The notes under the pieces: model-generated | The model's database searches: none | What the model saw: the letters and a program-made list of their open reading frames with translations, nothing else | Told to the model about the DNA's origin: nothing | Translations under genes and position numbers: made by a program | Assembly: GCA_937862805.1 (NCBI GenBank) | Contig: CALMDO010000062.1 | Coordinates: 26,380-90,379 of the forward strand | DNA: 64,000 bases | Source: an uncultured Bacteroidota bacterium | Lineage (GTDB): Bacteria > Bacteroidota > Bacteroidia > Bacteroidales > FEN-979 | Reading direction: 5' to 3' | Shown: piece after piece, positions 46,916 to 58,105 of the stretch | Layout of the letters: each line of letters starts with the position of its first letter | How positions within the stretch are numbered: position 1 is the stretch's first letter

Positions 46916-48004
46916 TCAGGGCGTTACATCGAGAATGGTTTGATTGGTGCCTGACATGGGAACCCTTCGGATGGTCGGGGTTGTAAAATCAAGTCTTTTC
47001 AGATCGATCTTACGGAGGGTTGAATTGTTGTATGTTTTAAAATAGAAGACGCGGTTGGTGACATCGCGGAAGGTGACCCATTGGGTCGATTCTTTATCGA
47101 GGATGGTTCCGTCGGGCGCTTTGTCGACAATCACTCCGAAGGGGATAGTGAAGGTATTGATAACGTGGTTACAAAGAATAAGATTGGAGGCGGCATCGGG
47201 TTGGCGATCGACGTACCGTTGAAACATACCCAACCGAATAAAGCGGCTTGGGGGTGAGTAATCCCCGGGAATTCCTATCATCCCCTGGCCGTGACCTGTA
47301 GGCCTGAAAGTCAACCCTTCGCCTGTATAAGGCGCCGGACTGGCCGGATCCATCCCGATGTATTGACGCAAGTTGGTCATTTGCCATGGGAAAGAGGGAG
47401 CATTGGTCATGATCCCAACCGGGTTGTCATACACGTTGCAAATACCCTGGTCGTACTCCACCACAATGCAACCGCCAGCTGCATCGTAAACGATAAAGTG
47501 AAGCATGACGGTCATCTTGATGGCAGGATCAATATAGTCAAAGACCTTAATGGTTTTAACTGCAGTTCTGACCTCGTCCACAGTTGAAAAATTACCCAGG
47601 ACCCAGTCGGAAAAGAGAGTCTGGGCTAAAGCAACGGCGCTGTCGCCCGGGGTTACATCCTGCCATTTCATGGTCGTTTCAAACCAAAGGGAGCTGAGTG
47701 AAAGGCCTTTTTCATTCATTCCTTCGGAGACACCGGATGTTTTACCCATTTCAGCGACACCGAGGTAACCATACCGTGTCAACCAATTGATGCCCTGGCG
47801 GCCCTGCGGGAAAGGACTGGTAAAGGAGCTGTTTCTTGGAACGATGATCAGATCGTAATGCAGATCTACTGCAAATTCCATCGAACGCGCAATCATAATG
47901 CTCCCGTCTTTGGCAGTAAGACGAAAGACCGTACAGGCATAAGCCTCGTTAAAACCTGAAAGGCCTAAGGCCAGTACCAGCGTAAAAAGCAATTTTGTTT
48001 TCAT
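46916..48004 (-). CDS. Choloylglycine hydrolase family Ntn-hydrolase (linear amide C-N hydrolase), secreted
   Basis: Signal peptide MKTKLLFTLVLALGLSGFNEAYA followed immediately by CTVFRL (N-terminal nucleophile Cys). Start trimmed to the ATG at 48004. Confidence 0.8.
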   Translation of the reverse strand: MKTKLLFTLVLALGLSGFNEAYACTVFRLTAKDGSIMIARSMEFAVDLHYDLIIVPRNSSFTSPFPQGRQGINWLTRYGYLGVAEMGKTSGVSEGMNEKGLSLSSLWFETTMKWQDVTPGDSAVALAQTLFSDWVLGNFSTVDEVRTAVKTIKVFDYIDPAIKMTVMLHFIVYDAAGGCIVVEYDQGICNVYDNPVGIMTNAPSFPWQMTNLRQYIGMDPASPAPYTGEGLTFRPTGHGQGMIGIPGDYSPPSRFIRLGMFQRYVDRQPDAASNLILCNHVINTFTIPFGVIVDKAPDGTILDKESTQWVTFRDVTNRVFYFKTYNNSTLRKIDLKRLDFTTPTIRRVPMSGTNQTILDVTP

Positions 48005-48095
48005 GGGAAAAGATCTTTTTGGTGAAAATGTTGTAAAATCTAAGGAATTCAAAAGTACATAATTTGTAACATTGCATAAATAATAGAATCGGTAT

Positions 48096-49460
48096 ATGGA
48101 TTTTTTCTCGCTGTTCTCCCTGATGGTCGTCGTTTTCATCCTGGGCTATACTGCTATTGCCCTTGAACATCCCCTGAAAGTCAACAAGACGGCCACCGCT
48201 TTATTGCTGGCCGTGATCCTCTGGGTACTGCTGGTCATCGGAGGCGAAAGCATCCTGCTCAGTCATACCGCTTTCAATGACTATTTGCTTCAGGAACCTT
48301 CCGGCTCCTTTTATGGCTGGCTGGGGCAACATGCTTTACGGGAACATCTGGGAGAGATTGCCGAGATCGTCTTTTTCCTCTTGGGAGCCATGACGATTGT
48401 AGAACTCATCGATTCACATGAGGGTTTCAGGATCATTACCGACCGGATCACCACGACCAATAAAGTAAAGCTGCTGTGGGTGATCGGCGGAATAACTTTT
48501 TTTCTTTCAGCAGTACTTGATAACATGACCACCGCCATCGTGATGGTTGCCCTGCTCCGCAAGCTGATCGGGGATAAAAAGGAACGATGGTTTTTTGCCG
48601 GAATGGTGATCATTGCCGCGAACAGCGGAGGAGCTTTCAGTCCCATCGGCGATGTGACCACCATCATGCTTTGGATCGGAGGTCAGGTAACCACACTGAA
48701 CATTATTCTGAAAACATTCATTCCCAGTGTTATATCGATGGTTGTTCCCCTGATCTTAATCTCCTTCACGATGAAAGGGAAGGTGCAACGCCCCATACAG
48801 GTAGCGAAGGAACAGGTTGCGGATCCCACCACTCCGTTAGAACGGAACCTGGTTTTTTACCTGGGGATCGGGTTATTGTTGTTTGTCCCGGTGTTCAAGA
48901 CCCTGACCCATCTGCCTCCCTATACCGGCATCTTGCTTGGATTGAGCATTCTTTGGGTAGTTACCGAAATTCTGCATAAAACCAAGAACGACGCTTTCCG
49001 TTCAAAATTGACTGTGGCAGGCGTTCTCCACCGGATCGATACCACCACTGTCCTCTTTTTCCTGGGAATTTTGTTGGCCGTTGCCGCCCTGCAAACCGCA
49101 GGCCATCTCGATCTGTTGGCCCAAATCCTCGATAAAAAAATTGGAAATCTATACCTGATCAATGTGTTCATTGGTTTGCTTTCATCGGTGGTTGACAACG
49201 TCCCTTTGGTTGCAGGAGCAATGGGCATGTATGAAAATGTATTTGTACAGGATCATTATTTCTGGGAGATGTTGGCCTATTGTGCAGGAACGGGCGGCAG
49301 TATTCTGATCATTGGTTCAGCGGCCGGCGTAGCAGTCATGGGAATGGAGAAGATCGATTTCGTCTGGTACCTGAAAAAAATATCGGGATGGGCGCTCTGC
49401 GGTTACCTGGCAGGCGCTTTGTGTTACTGGCTGATGAGCATTTCCCTTTTCCAAGGGTAA
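48096..49460 (+). CDS. nhaD: NhaD/ArsB-superfamily Na+/H+ antiporter
   Basis: 454 aa with about 12 TM helices. LDNMTTAIVM and VDNVPLVAG repeated motifs are typical of NhaD. Confidence 0.75.
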   Translation: MDFFSLFSLMVVVFILGYTAIALEHPLKVNKTATALLLAVILWVLLVIGGESILLSHTAFNDYLLQEPSGSFYGWLGQHALREHLGEIAEIVFFLLGAMTIVELIDSHEGFRIITDRITTTNKVKLLWVIGGITFFLSAVLDNMTTAIVMVALLRKLIGDKKERWFFAGMVIIAANSGGAFSPIGDVTTIMLWIGGQVTTLNIILKTFIPSVISMVVPLILISFTMKGKVQRPIQVAKEQVADPTTPLERNLVFYLGIGLLLFVPVFKTLTHLPPYTGILLGLSILWVVTEILHKTKNDAFRSKLTVAGVLHRIDTTTVLFFLGILLAVAALQTAGHLDLLAQILDKKIGNLYLINVFIGLLSSVVDNVPLVAGAMGMYENVFVQDHYFWEMLAYCAGTGGSILIIGSAAGVAVMGMEKIDFVWYLKKISGWALCGYLAGALCYWLMSISLFQG

Positions 49461-49466
49461 ATTGCT

Positions 49467-49474
49467 TATTTTTG
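49467..49474 (+). promoter_or_regulatory. Candidate -7 promoter box (TATTTTTG) for cysS
   Basis: Matches TAnnTTTG, 19 nt upstream of the ATG at 49494. Confidence 0.35.
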
Positions 49475-49493
49475 TCCGGTGAATCCTCCTGAC

Positions 49494-50996
49494 ATGGAAA
49501 ACCCGCTTGTTTTATACAATACCCTTTCCCGCCGCAAAGAGCGCTTCGAACCGGTCCAACCTCCTTATGTCGGATTGTACGTGTGTGGTCCCACCGTTTA
49601 TGGCGATCCCCACCTTGGTCATGCCCGTCCGGCCATTACTTTCGATGTGGTTTTCCGCTATCTTCAGCACCTGGGTTACAAAGTGCGCTATGTCAGGAAC
49701 ATCACCGATGTCGGCCACCTGGAAGCTGATCAGGACGAAGGCGAAGACAAAATTGCCAAAAAAGCGCGCATCGAGCAGGTGGAGCCGATGGAGATCGTGC
49801 AGTATTACTCCGACCGCTATTTTCTTTTCCTGGAAGCGCTGAATGTGAAAAGGCCCTCCATTGAGCCCAGGGCTTCAGGGCACATTATTGAACAGATTGC
49901 CCTGATCCATAAGATCCTTGAAGCAGGATTCGGCTATGTTGTAAACGGTTCAGTCTATTTTGATGTCGAAAAATACAGTAAGACCTATCACTATGGCATT
50001 CTGTCGGGTCGTGTTCCGGAGGAAATGATGACCCATACACGGGCTTTGGAGGGGCAGGAGGAAAAACGCAATCCCGCCGATTTTGCTTTGTGGAAAAAAG
50101 CCCAGCCGGAACACATCATGCGGTGGCCCTCCCCCTGGAGCGATGGGTTTCCCGGATGGCACCTCGAATGCTCTGCAATGGGAACCAAATACTTAGGGGA
50201 GAAGTTTGACATCCACGGCGGCGGAATGGATTTGCTCTTCCCTCACCACGAAGCCGAAATTGCCCAAAGCCAGGCAGCATTGGGTCATGAAACAGTCAGG
50301 TATTGGATGCATAACAACATGATCACCATCAATGGCCAGAAGATGGGAAAATCATTAGGAAATTTCATTACCTTAGAAGAACTTTTTACCGGGAAACATC
50401 CCGCACTTCAACAGGCCTACTCCCCGATGACCATCCGTTTCTTTATCCTTCAGGCTCATTACAGGGGAACGCTGGACTTTTCGAATGAAGCCCTTCAAGC
50501 CGCTGAAAAGGGATTGAAAAAATTGATGGAAGGATACACCACTCTGACCAGAATGTTACCTGCCGGCGTCAATCCGGACGAAAAACTGACCGGTCGACCG
50601 GAAGCAGTTGCTTTACCGATCTTGCAGATAGCAGAGAGTTGTAAAGCTGCCATGAACGACGATTTCAATACGCCCATGGCCATTGCCGGCCTCTTTGATA
50701 TGGTCAGGATCATCAATTCGGCCAGAGACGGGAAAGAGACCCTTTCACCCGAAGAGATCGCCTTCCTCCACAACACCCTGTCGGTTTTCCTTTTTGAAAT
50801 CCTCGGACTGAAGGATGAGACTGCCAACAACCAGGCAGAACAAATGAATGGCCTGATGGAGCTCCTCCTTTCGATCCGCCAACGATCGAGGGAAAACAAA
50901 GACTGGAACACCTCCGACCAAATCCGCGATGCCCTGCAAAAACTTCATATCGTGGTTAAAGACGGAAAAGAGGGATCCACCTGGAGAATCGAATAA
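49494..50996 (+). CDS. cysS: Cysteine--tRNA ligase
   Basis: HLGHARP (HIGH), KMGKSLGN (KMSKS), WHLECS zinc site. Start at the ATG at 49494. Confidence 0.95.
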   Translation: MENPLVLYNTLSRRKERFEPVQPPYVGLYVCGPTVYGDPHLGHARPAITFDVVFRYLQHLGYKVRYVRNITDVGHLEADQDEGEDKIAKKARIEQVEPMEIVQYYSDRYFLFLEALNVKRPSIEPRASGHIIEQIALIHKILEAGFGYVVNGSVYFDVEKYSKTYHYGILSGRVPEEMMTHTRALEGQEEKRNPADFALWKKAQPEHIMRWPSPWSDGFPGWHLECSAMGTKYLGEKFDIHGGGMDLLFPHHEAEIAQSQAALGHETVRYWMHNNMITINGQKMGKSLGNFITLEELFTGKHPALQQAYSPMTIRFFILQAHYRGTLDFSNEALQAAEKGLKKLMEGYTTLTRMLPAGVNPDEKLTGRPEAVALPILQIAESCKAAMNDDFNTPMAIAGLFDMVRIINSARDGKETLSPEEIAFLHNTLSVFLFEILGLKDETANNQAEQMNGLMELLLSIRQRSRENKDWNTSDQIRDALQKLHIVVKDGKEGSTWRIE

Positions 50997-51045
50997 ACAA
51001 GATGCTGTTAATGAATGGATAAGCCTATTTTTTAATCTCAGGAAT

Positions 51046-52734
51046 ATGAAAAATCTAAAATTTTTATCCGCCGTGGCCTTCCTTTTCGTTGTGATGACCG
51101 CGTGTACATCCCGACAGGAAACCATGAAAAAAGAACTGACAGATTTTATCAGGAAACACGATTCAATCCTGATCCCCTTGTACCAACAGACAGCCGTGGC
51201 CTCCTGGGAAGCCGCCATTTCAGGAAAACCTGAGGATTTTCAAAAAGCTGAAGCCCTGAACCTGAAGATGATGGCTTTATATGCCGACAAGGACAAACTG
51301 AAAAAACTGGAAGAGATCAAAGTTTCAGGACTGATCACCGACAGCCTTTTGATCCGTCAGCTGGATGTTTTATACCGTTCTTTCCTGATGGCCAAAGCCG
51401 ATACTGTAAAACTGAACGCCATGATACGCCTTGGTACGACCATTGAACAGAAATATGGCAACTTCAGGACCGAGGTCAGAGGGAAAAAATTGAGCGACAA
51501 CGATGTGGAAGAGATCCTGCGTACTTCCAAAGATGTAAAATACCAACAAGAGGTGTGGGAGGCTCAGAAAAAAATCGGTACCGTCGTGGCCGACGATATC
51601 CGGAAACTTGTCAAACTGCGCAACGAAGTTGCAACTGCCCTGGGTTTTAAAAATTATCATGAAATGAGCCTGACCCTCGGCGATCAGGATCCCAAAGAGA
51701 TCAGTGACCTTTTCACCGAGCTTGACACCCTGACCAAAAAGGATTTTGAGAAGGTGAAAACCGATATCGATGACTACTTTGTTAAATACTATAACCTGAA
51801 AAGCAGGGACGAACTGATGCCATGGAGTTACCAGAACCGTTTCTTCCAGGAAGCGCCCCGTATCTATGATGTCGATCTCGACCGCTATTACAAGGATAAA
51901 AACCTCGAGCAATTGGCCTCCTCATACTATGGAGGAATCGGCCTTCCAATTGATAAGATAATAAAAAACAGTGATTTATACGAAAAACCAGGAAAAAATC
52001 AGCACGCTTTTTGCATCGATATCGACCATGCCGGCGACGTGAGGGTTTTATGTAACATAAAATCCAATGCAACCTGGATGAATACCATGCTGCATGAATT
52101 CGGCCACGCGGTGTATGATTTGGGCATCGACACGAAGTTGCCTTTCATCCTGCATGATCCGGCCCATACCTTTACTACCGAGGCCATCGCCATGCTGTTT
52201 GGACGGTTTTCGTCAAATCCACAGTGGATCAAGGATATGACCGGGATCAGCGAAGAGGAGAAAATGAAAATCGCCGACAATTGTTTCAAATCTCTCCGGC
52301 TTGAGCAGCTTGTTTTCAGCCGTTGGGCGCAGGTGATGTACCGGTTTGAAAAGGGGATGTACGAGAATCCAGATCAGGACCTTAACAAGTTCTGGTGGGA
52401 TCTCGTAGAAAAATACCAACTGATGAAACGCCCCGAGGGTAGGAATGAACCTGACTGGGCAACGAAAATCCACATCGCAACCTATCCCTGTTATTATCAC
52501 AACTACCTGTTGGGAGAACTGTTAGCGTCTCAACTCTATTATTATATCGTGACCAACATCCTTCATTCGGATGATTTCAGGTTCCAGAGTTTTGCCGGGA
52601 ATCAACAAGTGGGAGCATTTCTGAAAGAGAAACTCTTCATGCCGGGCAGCAAGTGGTACTGGAATGAAATGATCGAAAAGGCTACCGGGGAAAAACTGAC
52701 CGCAAAATACTATGCCCGGCAGTTTGTAGAATAA
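51046..52734 (+). CDS. M2-family (ACE-like) zinc metallopeptidase, lipoprotein
   Basis: Leader MKNLKFLSAVAFLFVVMTAC. HEFGHAVYD zinc motif, then a downstream TEAIAM third-ligand region spaced as in peptidyl-dipeptidase A. Confidence 0.6.
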   Translation: MKNLKFLSAVAFLFVVMTACTSRQETMKKELTDFIRKHDSILIPLYQQTAVASWEAAISGKPEDFQKAEALNLKMMALYADKDKLKKLEEIKVSGLITDSLLIRQLDVLYRSFLMAKADTVKLNAMIRLGTTIEQKYGNFRTEVRGKKLSDNDVEEILRTSKDVKYQQEVWEAQKKIGTVVADDIRKLVKLRNEVATALGFKNYHEMSLTLGDQDPKEISDLFTELDTLTKKDFEKVKTDIDDYFVKYYNLKSRDELMPWSYQNRFFQEAPRIYDVDLDRYYKDKNLEQLASSYYGGIGLPIDKIIKNSDLYEKPGKNQHAFCIDIDHAGDVRVLCNIKSNATWMNTMLHEFGHAVYDLGIDTKLPFILHDPAHTFTTEAIAMLFGRFSSNPQWIKDMTGISEEEKMKIADNCFKSLRLEQLVFSRWAQVMYRFEKGMYENPDQDLNKFWWDLVEKYQLMKRPEGRNEPDWATKIHIATYPCYYHNYLLGELLASQLYYYIVTNILHSDDFRFQSFAGNQQVGAFLKEKLFMPGSKWYWNEMIEKATGEKLTAKYYARQFVE

Positions 52735-52740
52735 AGCGTT

Positions 52741-53538
52741 TCAGGGCCTTTCAACAATAAATTTTCCGTTTTCCGAAGGAATTCCACCCGCGATGATGGA
52801 ATAGTGGTACAACCCGCGTGGAAAGGAAGTCGTGTTCACCAGCACTTCCTTTTGACCACTGACCAGGGCTTTGTTCAGGATCTCTTTCCCGTTCATATCG
52901 GTAACTACCAATGTGCCGGAGATATCTTGTGCAGAAAGGGAGAGGGGAATGGTGATCTGTGTTGTGGATGGGTTGGGATAGGGATTTTTCATCAGATCCT
53001 GTTCACGAACCGGATTTTCAGGGGCATTGACGAGGGTCCCGGGCAGGGAATAGATGTTGGTTCCCTGGAAGTAAGGCCAAGTGGAATAATCAAACTGATA
53101 GGTGATGAATTTGGTGCCATTGGAGCCGGTCGGTATGACATACATATAGGCAGCTCCCGGGATGGTTGCCAGGATCGTCCCGTTTTCTTTTATGATTTTC
53201 ACCCCGTAAGTGTAATACTGGCCGGTGGAATTGTACTGGTAGTACATGTAGGCCAAGCCAATCTGCCCATCGGTCGAAAAAAGATTTTGGGAAACAAACT
53301 GAATATCATACAAAGTGTATCCGGTAGGGATGGACAACTGGATGGTTTTCCACAATGTGTAATCAAGATTATAGATTTTGCACTGGTTGTTGGTCACATC
53401 CATCCCAAAATATTTATAACCTGCAGTGGGCAACTGGGTATACCAGGTGGATTCGGTCATTGTTTTTTCAAGGGTGACCTGGGCCCGGGTTTGTCCGAAG
53501 GAAAACACCAGCAAAAATAAAATAGCGAAGTACCTCAT
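52741..53538 (-). CDS. Hypothetical secreted protein with T9SS sorting domain
   Basis: Signal peptide MRYFAILFLLVFSFGQTRAQ. C-terminal NPYPNPSTTQITIP...KFIVERP CTD. Confidence 0.65.
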   Translation of the reverse strand: MRYFAILFLLVFSFGQTRAQVTLEKTMTESTWYTQLPTAGYKYFGMDVTNNQCKIYNLDYTLWKTIQLSIPTGYTLYDIQFVSQNLFSTDGQIGLAYMYYQYNSTGQYYTYGVKIIKENGTILATIPGAAYMYVIPTGSNGTKFITYQFDYSTWPYFQGTNIYSLPGTLVNAPENPVREQDLMKNPYPNPSTTQITIPLSLSAQDISGTLVVTDMNGKEILNKALVSGQKEVLVNTTSFPRGLYHYSIIAGGIPSENGKFIVERP

Positions 53539-53588
53539 GAATGTATTTTTAAAATATAGTTATTCAATAATTTATGGATTGTGAAAAA

Positions 53589-54869
53589 TCAGATAGCCTT
53601 AATAAGGTAATAATTCTTTTTACCTTTCTGGATCAGGAGATATTTCCCATTGAGGAGGTCTCCGGCAGAGATCAAAAGGGATTCATCGGCTTTTCTTTTA
53701 TTGATTTGAACCCCGCCGTCTTTCATCATCCGGCGTGCTTCGCTTTTTGAGGGGAAGATGTTTGTAGATACAGTGAGCAAGTCAATAAGCAGAAGGGATT
53801 CATTGATGGTAGTCATGGGGATTTCGCATCTGGGGACTCCTTCGAAGATAGCCAGCAGGGTTGATTCCGGGAGTTTCCGGAGGGTTTCGGTAGTTCCTTT
53901 TCCAAACAGGATCCCTGAAGCTTCCACGGCTGATTGGTATTCCTCTTCTGAATGGACCCTGATCGTGATCTCTTTTGCCAGGGCTTTTTGGAGGATTCGC
54001 AGATGCGGTGCTTCCTGGTGCTGAACCATCAGTTCGCCAATTTCTGGTTCAGACAGCAACGTAAATTTTTTAATGTAGTTGGCGGCGTCTTCATCGGAAG
54101 TATTGAGCCAGAACTGGTAAAACTGGTAGGGTGAGGTTTTGGTCGGATCGAGCCAGATGTTGCCTGCTTCAGATTTTCCGAATTTTCCTCCATCGGCCTT
54201 GGTAATCAAAGGGCAGGTCAGAGCGTAGGCCTCGCCTCCCAGTTTACGGCGGATCAGTTCGGTACCGGTGACGATATTTCCCCACTGATCGGAACCACCC
54301 ATCTGCAGTTTGACGTTGTTGTGTTCAAACAACCAGCAGAAATCGAAACCCTGGACCAGTTGGTAGCTGAATTCGGTAAAGGAGATACCGGAACCCGATT
54401 CCATCCTTTTTTTGACCGAATCTTTGGCAATCATATAATTGACCGTGATGTGTTTTCCCACTTCACGGAGAAATTCCAGAAAGCTGAAATTCCGGGTCCA
54501 GTCGTAATTATTGACCATTTCTGCCGCGTTGGCGCCGCAGTTGAAATCGAGGAATTTTTCCAGTTGTTTTCTGATACACTCCTGGTTATGCCTGAGAACC
54601 GGTTCTTCCAGAAGGTTACGCTCCTCCGATTTCCCGGATGGGTCTCCGATCATACCGGTTGCTCCGCCAACGAGTGCATAGGGTTTGTGGCCGGAACGCT
54701 GAAGATGGACCAGCATCATGATCGAAGCAAGGTTCCCGATATGCAAAGAGTCACTGGTGGGATCATAACCGATATACCCGGAAGTCATCTCCCTGTTCAG
54801 TTGTTCTTCTGTTCCGGGTGTCATGTCATGGATCATGCCTCGCCACCGGAGTTCTTCGATGAAGTTCAT
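53589..54869 (-). CDS. tyrS: Tyrosine--tRNA ligase
   Basis: HIGNL (HIGH), KFGKS (KMSKS), C-terminal S4 domain. Confidence 0.95.
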   Translation of the reverse strand: MNFIEELRWRGMIHDMTPGTEEQLNREMTSGYIGYDPTSDSLHIGNLASIMMLVHLQRSGHKPYALVGGATGMIGDPSGKSEERNLLEEPVLRHNQECIRKQLEKFLDFNCGANAAEMVNNYDWTRNFSFLEFLREVGKHITVNYMIAKDSVKKRMESGSGISFTEFSYQLVQGFDFCWLFEHNNVKLQMGGSDQWGNIVTGTELIRRKLGGEAYALTCPLITKADGGKFGKSEAGNIWLDPTKTSPYQFYQFWLNTSDEDAANYIKKFTLLSEPEIGELMVQHQEAPHLRILQKALAKEITIRVHSEEEYQSAVEASGILFGKGTTETLRKLPESTLLAIFEGVPRCEIPMTTINESLLLIDLLTVSTNIFPSKSEARRMMKDGGVQINKRKADESLLISAGDLLNGKYLLIQKGKKNYYLIKAI

Positions 54870-54914
54870 TCAGACGATTTTCAGCAAAAGTAGAAAAAAA
54901 TACCTTTGCGGGGA

Positions 54915-57212
54915 TCAACCGGGGAGGATGATTCCATGGGCGCTGAGTTTGGAGAAGAACTCCTCCTTTTTAATGGGCTTAGGGAGATAGTCATCGCATC
55001 CGGCATCCAGGAACCTTTGTTCATCGCCGCTCATGCCGAAAGCGGTCACGGCGATAATGACCACATCCGGCCTTTGCATTTTGATCAGCCGGGTTGCCTC
55101 TTGTCCGTCCATGACAGGCATTTTCATGTCCATCAAAACCAGTGATATTTCAGGATGTGTCAGGCACAAATCGACTGCTTCCTTCCCGTTTTTTGCCTTG
55201 AAAATGACAAGCCTGGTTTTTCTCAGTAGTGTCTGAATGTAAAACAGGTTTGAATCATCATCTTCGGCAATCAGGATGGTTTGGCACATATCGGATTTCA
55301 GGATCTCTTTTTTTTCTTCAGGCGCGGACAAGCGGGAGGATCCAGGCGTCAAAGGTAAATCGAGAAAAAAGGTCGTCCCCTGCCCGACTTGTGATTCAAC
55401 CCGGATATCACCTCCCATGGTGCGGGTCAAACCCCTTGCGATCGATAATCCCAGTCCGCTCCCCTCATATCCTCTGGTATTGGATGTTTCAACCTGAAAA
55501 AAGTTATCAAAAATGCCCTGAAGGGCTTCCTCTGCAATTCCTATTCCGGTATCCTTTACGAAAAATTCACAACAATCTTCACTGCTGTCGAACCCGATTT
55601 CGACGGAACCCAGATGGGTAAATTTCACGGCATTATCAAGAAGATGAGCAAGACTTTTGTACAACAGGTCGCGGTCGGAAAACAAAGGGGCTGCAGGAGT
55701 ATTCTTTGTTTTAACAGTGAGATCCAGATTTTTATGAATACAAGATGGTTCGAATTCATTTTTAAGCTGGCTCAACAGTTCTTTGGGATCAAAGGAGGTA
55801 CAACTGACAGGAATCGTTCCGGAGGTGATCAATGAAATGTCGATATAGTCGGTAATGGTATTGATCAGTCGTTCACTAGCGGAACGGATCATCGAATAAA
55901 AATTTTCCTTTTCTTCCGGTGATAGATCTTCCCGGGTGATCAGTTGACTGAAACCCAGGATTGCGTTGAGCGGGGTTCTGACTTCGTGCGAAATGTTGTT
56001 GATAAAGGCAGTTTTCAGGCGGTCGTTGGTCTCTGCTTTTTCTTTGGCAGCCATCAACTCTTTTTCAGCTTTTTTCCGCTCCGAAATGTCTGATTTAATG
56101 GCTACAAAATGGGTGATCTTTCCTTCCCCATTTTTGATAGGGGTGACGCTTTGTTCTTCGACGTACAACGATCCGTCCTTTTTCCGGTTGATCATTTCTC
56201 CTTTCCAGGAGATCCCGGAAAGAATTGTAGTCCATAGGTGGTTATAGAATTCTGCGGGATGGTGGCCCGATTTGACCAGTTGGCTGGGGTTTTTCCCTTG
56301 TGCTTCCGGCAGGGTATATCCGGTGAGGGTCGTAAACGATGGATTGACCCATTCAATGGTGCCATTGATGTCGGTGATGACGATGGCATTGGCTGTCGCG
56401 TTAAGCGCTGATCCCTGTAAAAGGATGGTTTGTTCTTTTTGTTTTGCCTCCTGAATGTTTTCAAAAACTCCGATAGAGCCCGCAAACACGCCTTGTTCAT
56501 TGAACACCGGGGAGCCGCTGATCCTTACCCAAAGAAGCCTCTTGTTTTTGGTCAGCAATTGGATCTCATAGGTCTCTTTCAATCCGGTGGCTCTGACCTT
56601 GTTTCTTTCATTAAGAAAGACGCTGTTCTCATCATTGAAAAGGAATTCAATGCTTTTCTGACCGATCAGTTCTTTGGGGGTATAACCGGTCATCTCGCAG
56701 AATTTACCATTAACGAAGGTGATGTTGTCGTCGCAGTCGACCATGGTCAACCCTTCGTTCATCCCTTCAACCAGGATGCGGTACTGTTGTTCGCGAGTTT
56801 CCAGCGCTTCCGTGGCCAGGCGGTATTCCCGCGCGAGTTTTGACTCGCGCAAAGCGCGGTTCACGGCCGGGCCCAATCGTTCCATTCTATTTTTAAGAAC
56901 ATAATCTGTTGCCCCTTTGATCATTGTTTCGATGGCGGCTTCCTCTCCCATGGTGCCACTTACAAAAACAAAAGGGATGAGAGGATAATTTTTTTTCACA
57001 TAAGCCATGGCTTCCAATCCGCTGTAATCGGGAAGTTTCAGGTCAGACAGAACGATATCGATCGGGCGGCTTTCAAGTATAGCGATAAAATCCTTTTCAT
57101 TATCGGCAAAATAGTAATCAAAATGTTTAAAACTCCGTTGAAGGAGGATTTTGACCAGCAACGAATCATTTTCGTTGTCTTCAAGGTGTAATATATTGAT
57201 AGCCTGTTCCAT
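54915..57212 (-). CDS. Hybrid sensor histidine kinase / response regulator (REC-PAS-PAS-HisKA-HATPase-REC)
   Basis: N-terminal REC (HLEDNENDSLL...SDLKLPD), two PAS-like blocks, H-box SHEVRTPLNAILGF, HATPase (DTGIGI, GSGLGL), C-terminal REC (ILIAEDDDSN...MDMKMPVMDG). ATG at 57212 preferred over the upstream TTG. Confidence 0.85.
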   Translation of the reverse strand: MEQAINILHLEDNENDSLLVKILLQRSFKHFDYYFADNEKDFIAILESRPIDIVLSDLKLPDYSGLEAMAYVKKNYPLIPFVFVSGTMGEEAAIETMIKGATDYVLKNRMERLGPAVNRALRESKLAREYRLATEALETREQQYRILVEGMNEGLTMVDCDDNITFVNGKFCEMTGYTPKELIGQKSIEFLFNDENSVFLNERNKVRATGLKETYEIQLLTKNKRLLWVRISGSPVFNEQGVFAGSIGVFENIQEAKQKEQTILLQGSALNATANAIVITDINGTIEWVNPSFTTLTGYTLPEAQGKNPSQLVKSGHHPAEFYNHLWTTILSGISWKGEMINRKKDGSLYVEEQSVTPIKNGEGKITHFVAIKSDISERKKAEKELMAAKEKAETNDRLKTAFINNISHEVRTPLNAILGFSQLITREDLSPEEKENFYSMIRSASERLINTITDYIDISLITSGTIPVSCTSFDPKELLSQLKNEFEPSCIHKNLDLTVKTKNTPAAPLFSDRDLLYKSLAHLLDNAVKFTHLGSVEIGFDSSEDCCEFFVKDTGIGIAEEALQGIFDNFFQVETSNTRGYEGSGLGLSIARGLTRTMGGDIRVESQVGQGTTFFLDLPLTPGSSRLSAPEEKKEILKSDMCQTILIAEDDDSNLFYIQTLLRKTRLVIFKAKNGKEAVDLCLTHPEISLVLMDMKMPVMDGQEATRLIKMQRPDVVIIAVTAFGMSGDEQRFLDAGCDDYLPKPIKKEEFFSKLSAHGIILPG

Positions 57213-57378
57213 GGGAAAGAAATAGGTTGATTTTAGGTTTCCTTGTCCTTTCAAAGTGTTCCATAAAATCCCGCACCATGAAAGATCAGATACCCGATTT
57301 TCTATCCGGCCGGCTCCGTATAAGGAAACTTGTTAACGTGCTAAGGTAAGGAAAAAAACGTACGGGAGAAACTTCCGG

Positions 57379-57903
57379 TCAGCTTTTTTTCAAGGAGAGC
57401 ACGGCGTAAACGATCAATGGCAGGAGAAAAATCACAATAGTGACAGGAAGGAACCATTCCCCCATCCCGGAAGAATTAAAGAGTGCGACGCGAAGGATCG
57501 ACCACTGAATGTAAAAGAACATCCATACAAGGGTACCTTTCAGGTAACGTACAAGACGGATGGCCATCGTATATTGTCGCAACGCATTGTTCGGTGTGAT
57601 CCTGACGGGAAAATTGAACCGGTGAGGGATGAGATTCAAAAGGGTCAGCAAAGTATAGATGAAGAACGCGATTGCGGCCAACCCCCAAAGTGATGATTTT
57701 CCATCCCATTCGTCAGGATAACCAGCGGCGTCGAAATGGGAGGGAATTCTGCCGGGCAACCTGGGAAAAAAGTAGACCATGGTTCCTACAAAGGCCAATA
57801 ATCCCAGAAGGGCAACGCACTCCATAATCCAGTCAATCGGTGTCATTTCCGGACGTAGAACCGGCCGGTCGGGTTCACGTTTTGGTTTTCCAAAAAGTAT
57901 CAT
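57379..57903 (-). CDS. DUF1648-like four-TM membrane protein
   Basis: 174 aa. N-terminal TM followed by PSHFDAAGYPDEWGKS-type motif (IPSHFDAAGYPDEWDGKS) and three more TM helices. Confidence 0.55.
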   Translation of the reverse strand: MILFGKPKREPDRPVLRPEMTPIDWIMECVALLGLLAFVGTMVYFFPRLPGRIPSHFDAAGYPDEWDGKSSLWGLAAIAFFIYTLLTLLNLIPHRFNFPVRITPNNALRQYTMAIRLVRYLKGTLVWMFFYIQWSILRVALFNSSGMGEWFLPVTIVIFLLPLIVYAVLSLKKS

Positions 57904-57912
57904 AAGCAGTGA

Positions 57913-58098
57913 TTAAAGCAAATAATGGTCTTCCGGCTTCTGTTTTTTCTTAGAACTCCTTCGGTGTTCTTTCAGCGTTGAGTCGAGGATCCATTCTATC
58001 TGGCCGTTCACGGAACGGAATTCATCAGCCGCCCATTTTTCAAGCGCTTCATAGACACCGGGATCCAGTCTCAGCATAAAGACTTTTTTCGCAGCCAT
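57913..58098 (-). CDS. Arc/MetJ-type ribbon-helix-helix DNA-binding protein
   Basis: 61 aa. FMLRLDPGVYEALEKWAADEFRSVNGQIEWIL fits the beta-strand/helix/helix RHH pattern. Confidence 0.55.
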   Translation of the reverse strand: MAAKKVFMLRLDPGVYEALEKWAADEFRSVNGQIEWILDSTLKEHRRSSKKKQKPEDHYLL

Positions 58099-58105
58099 AT
58101 CTTGA

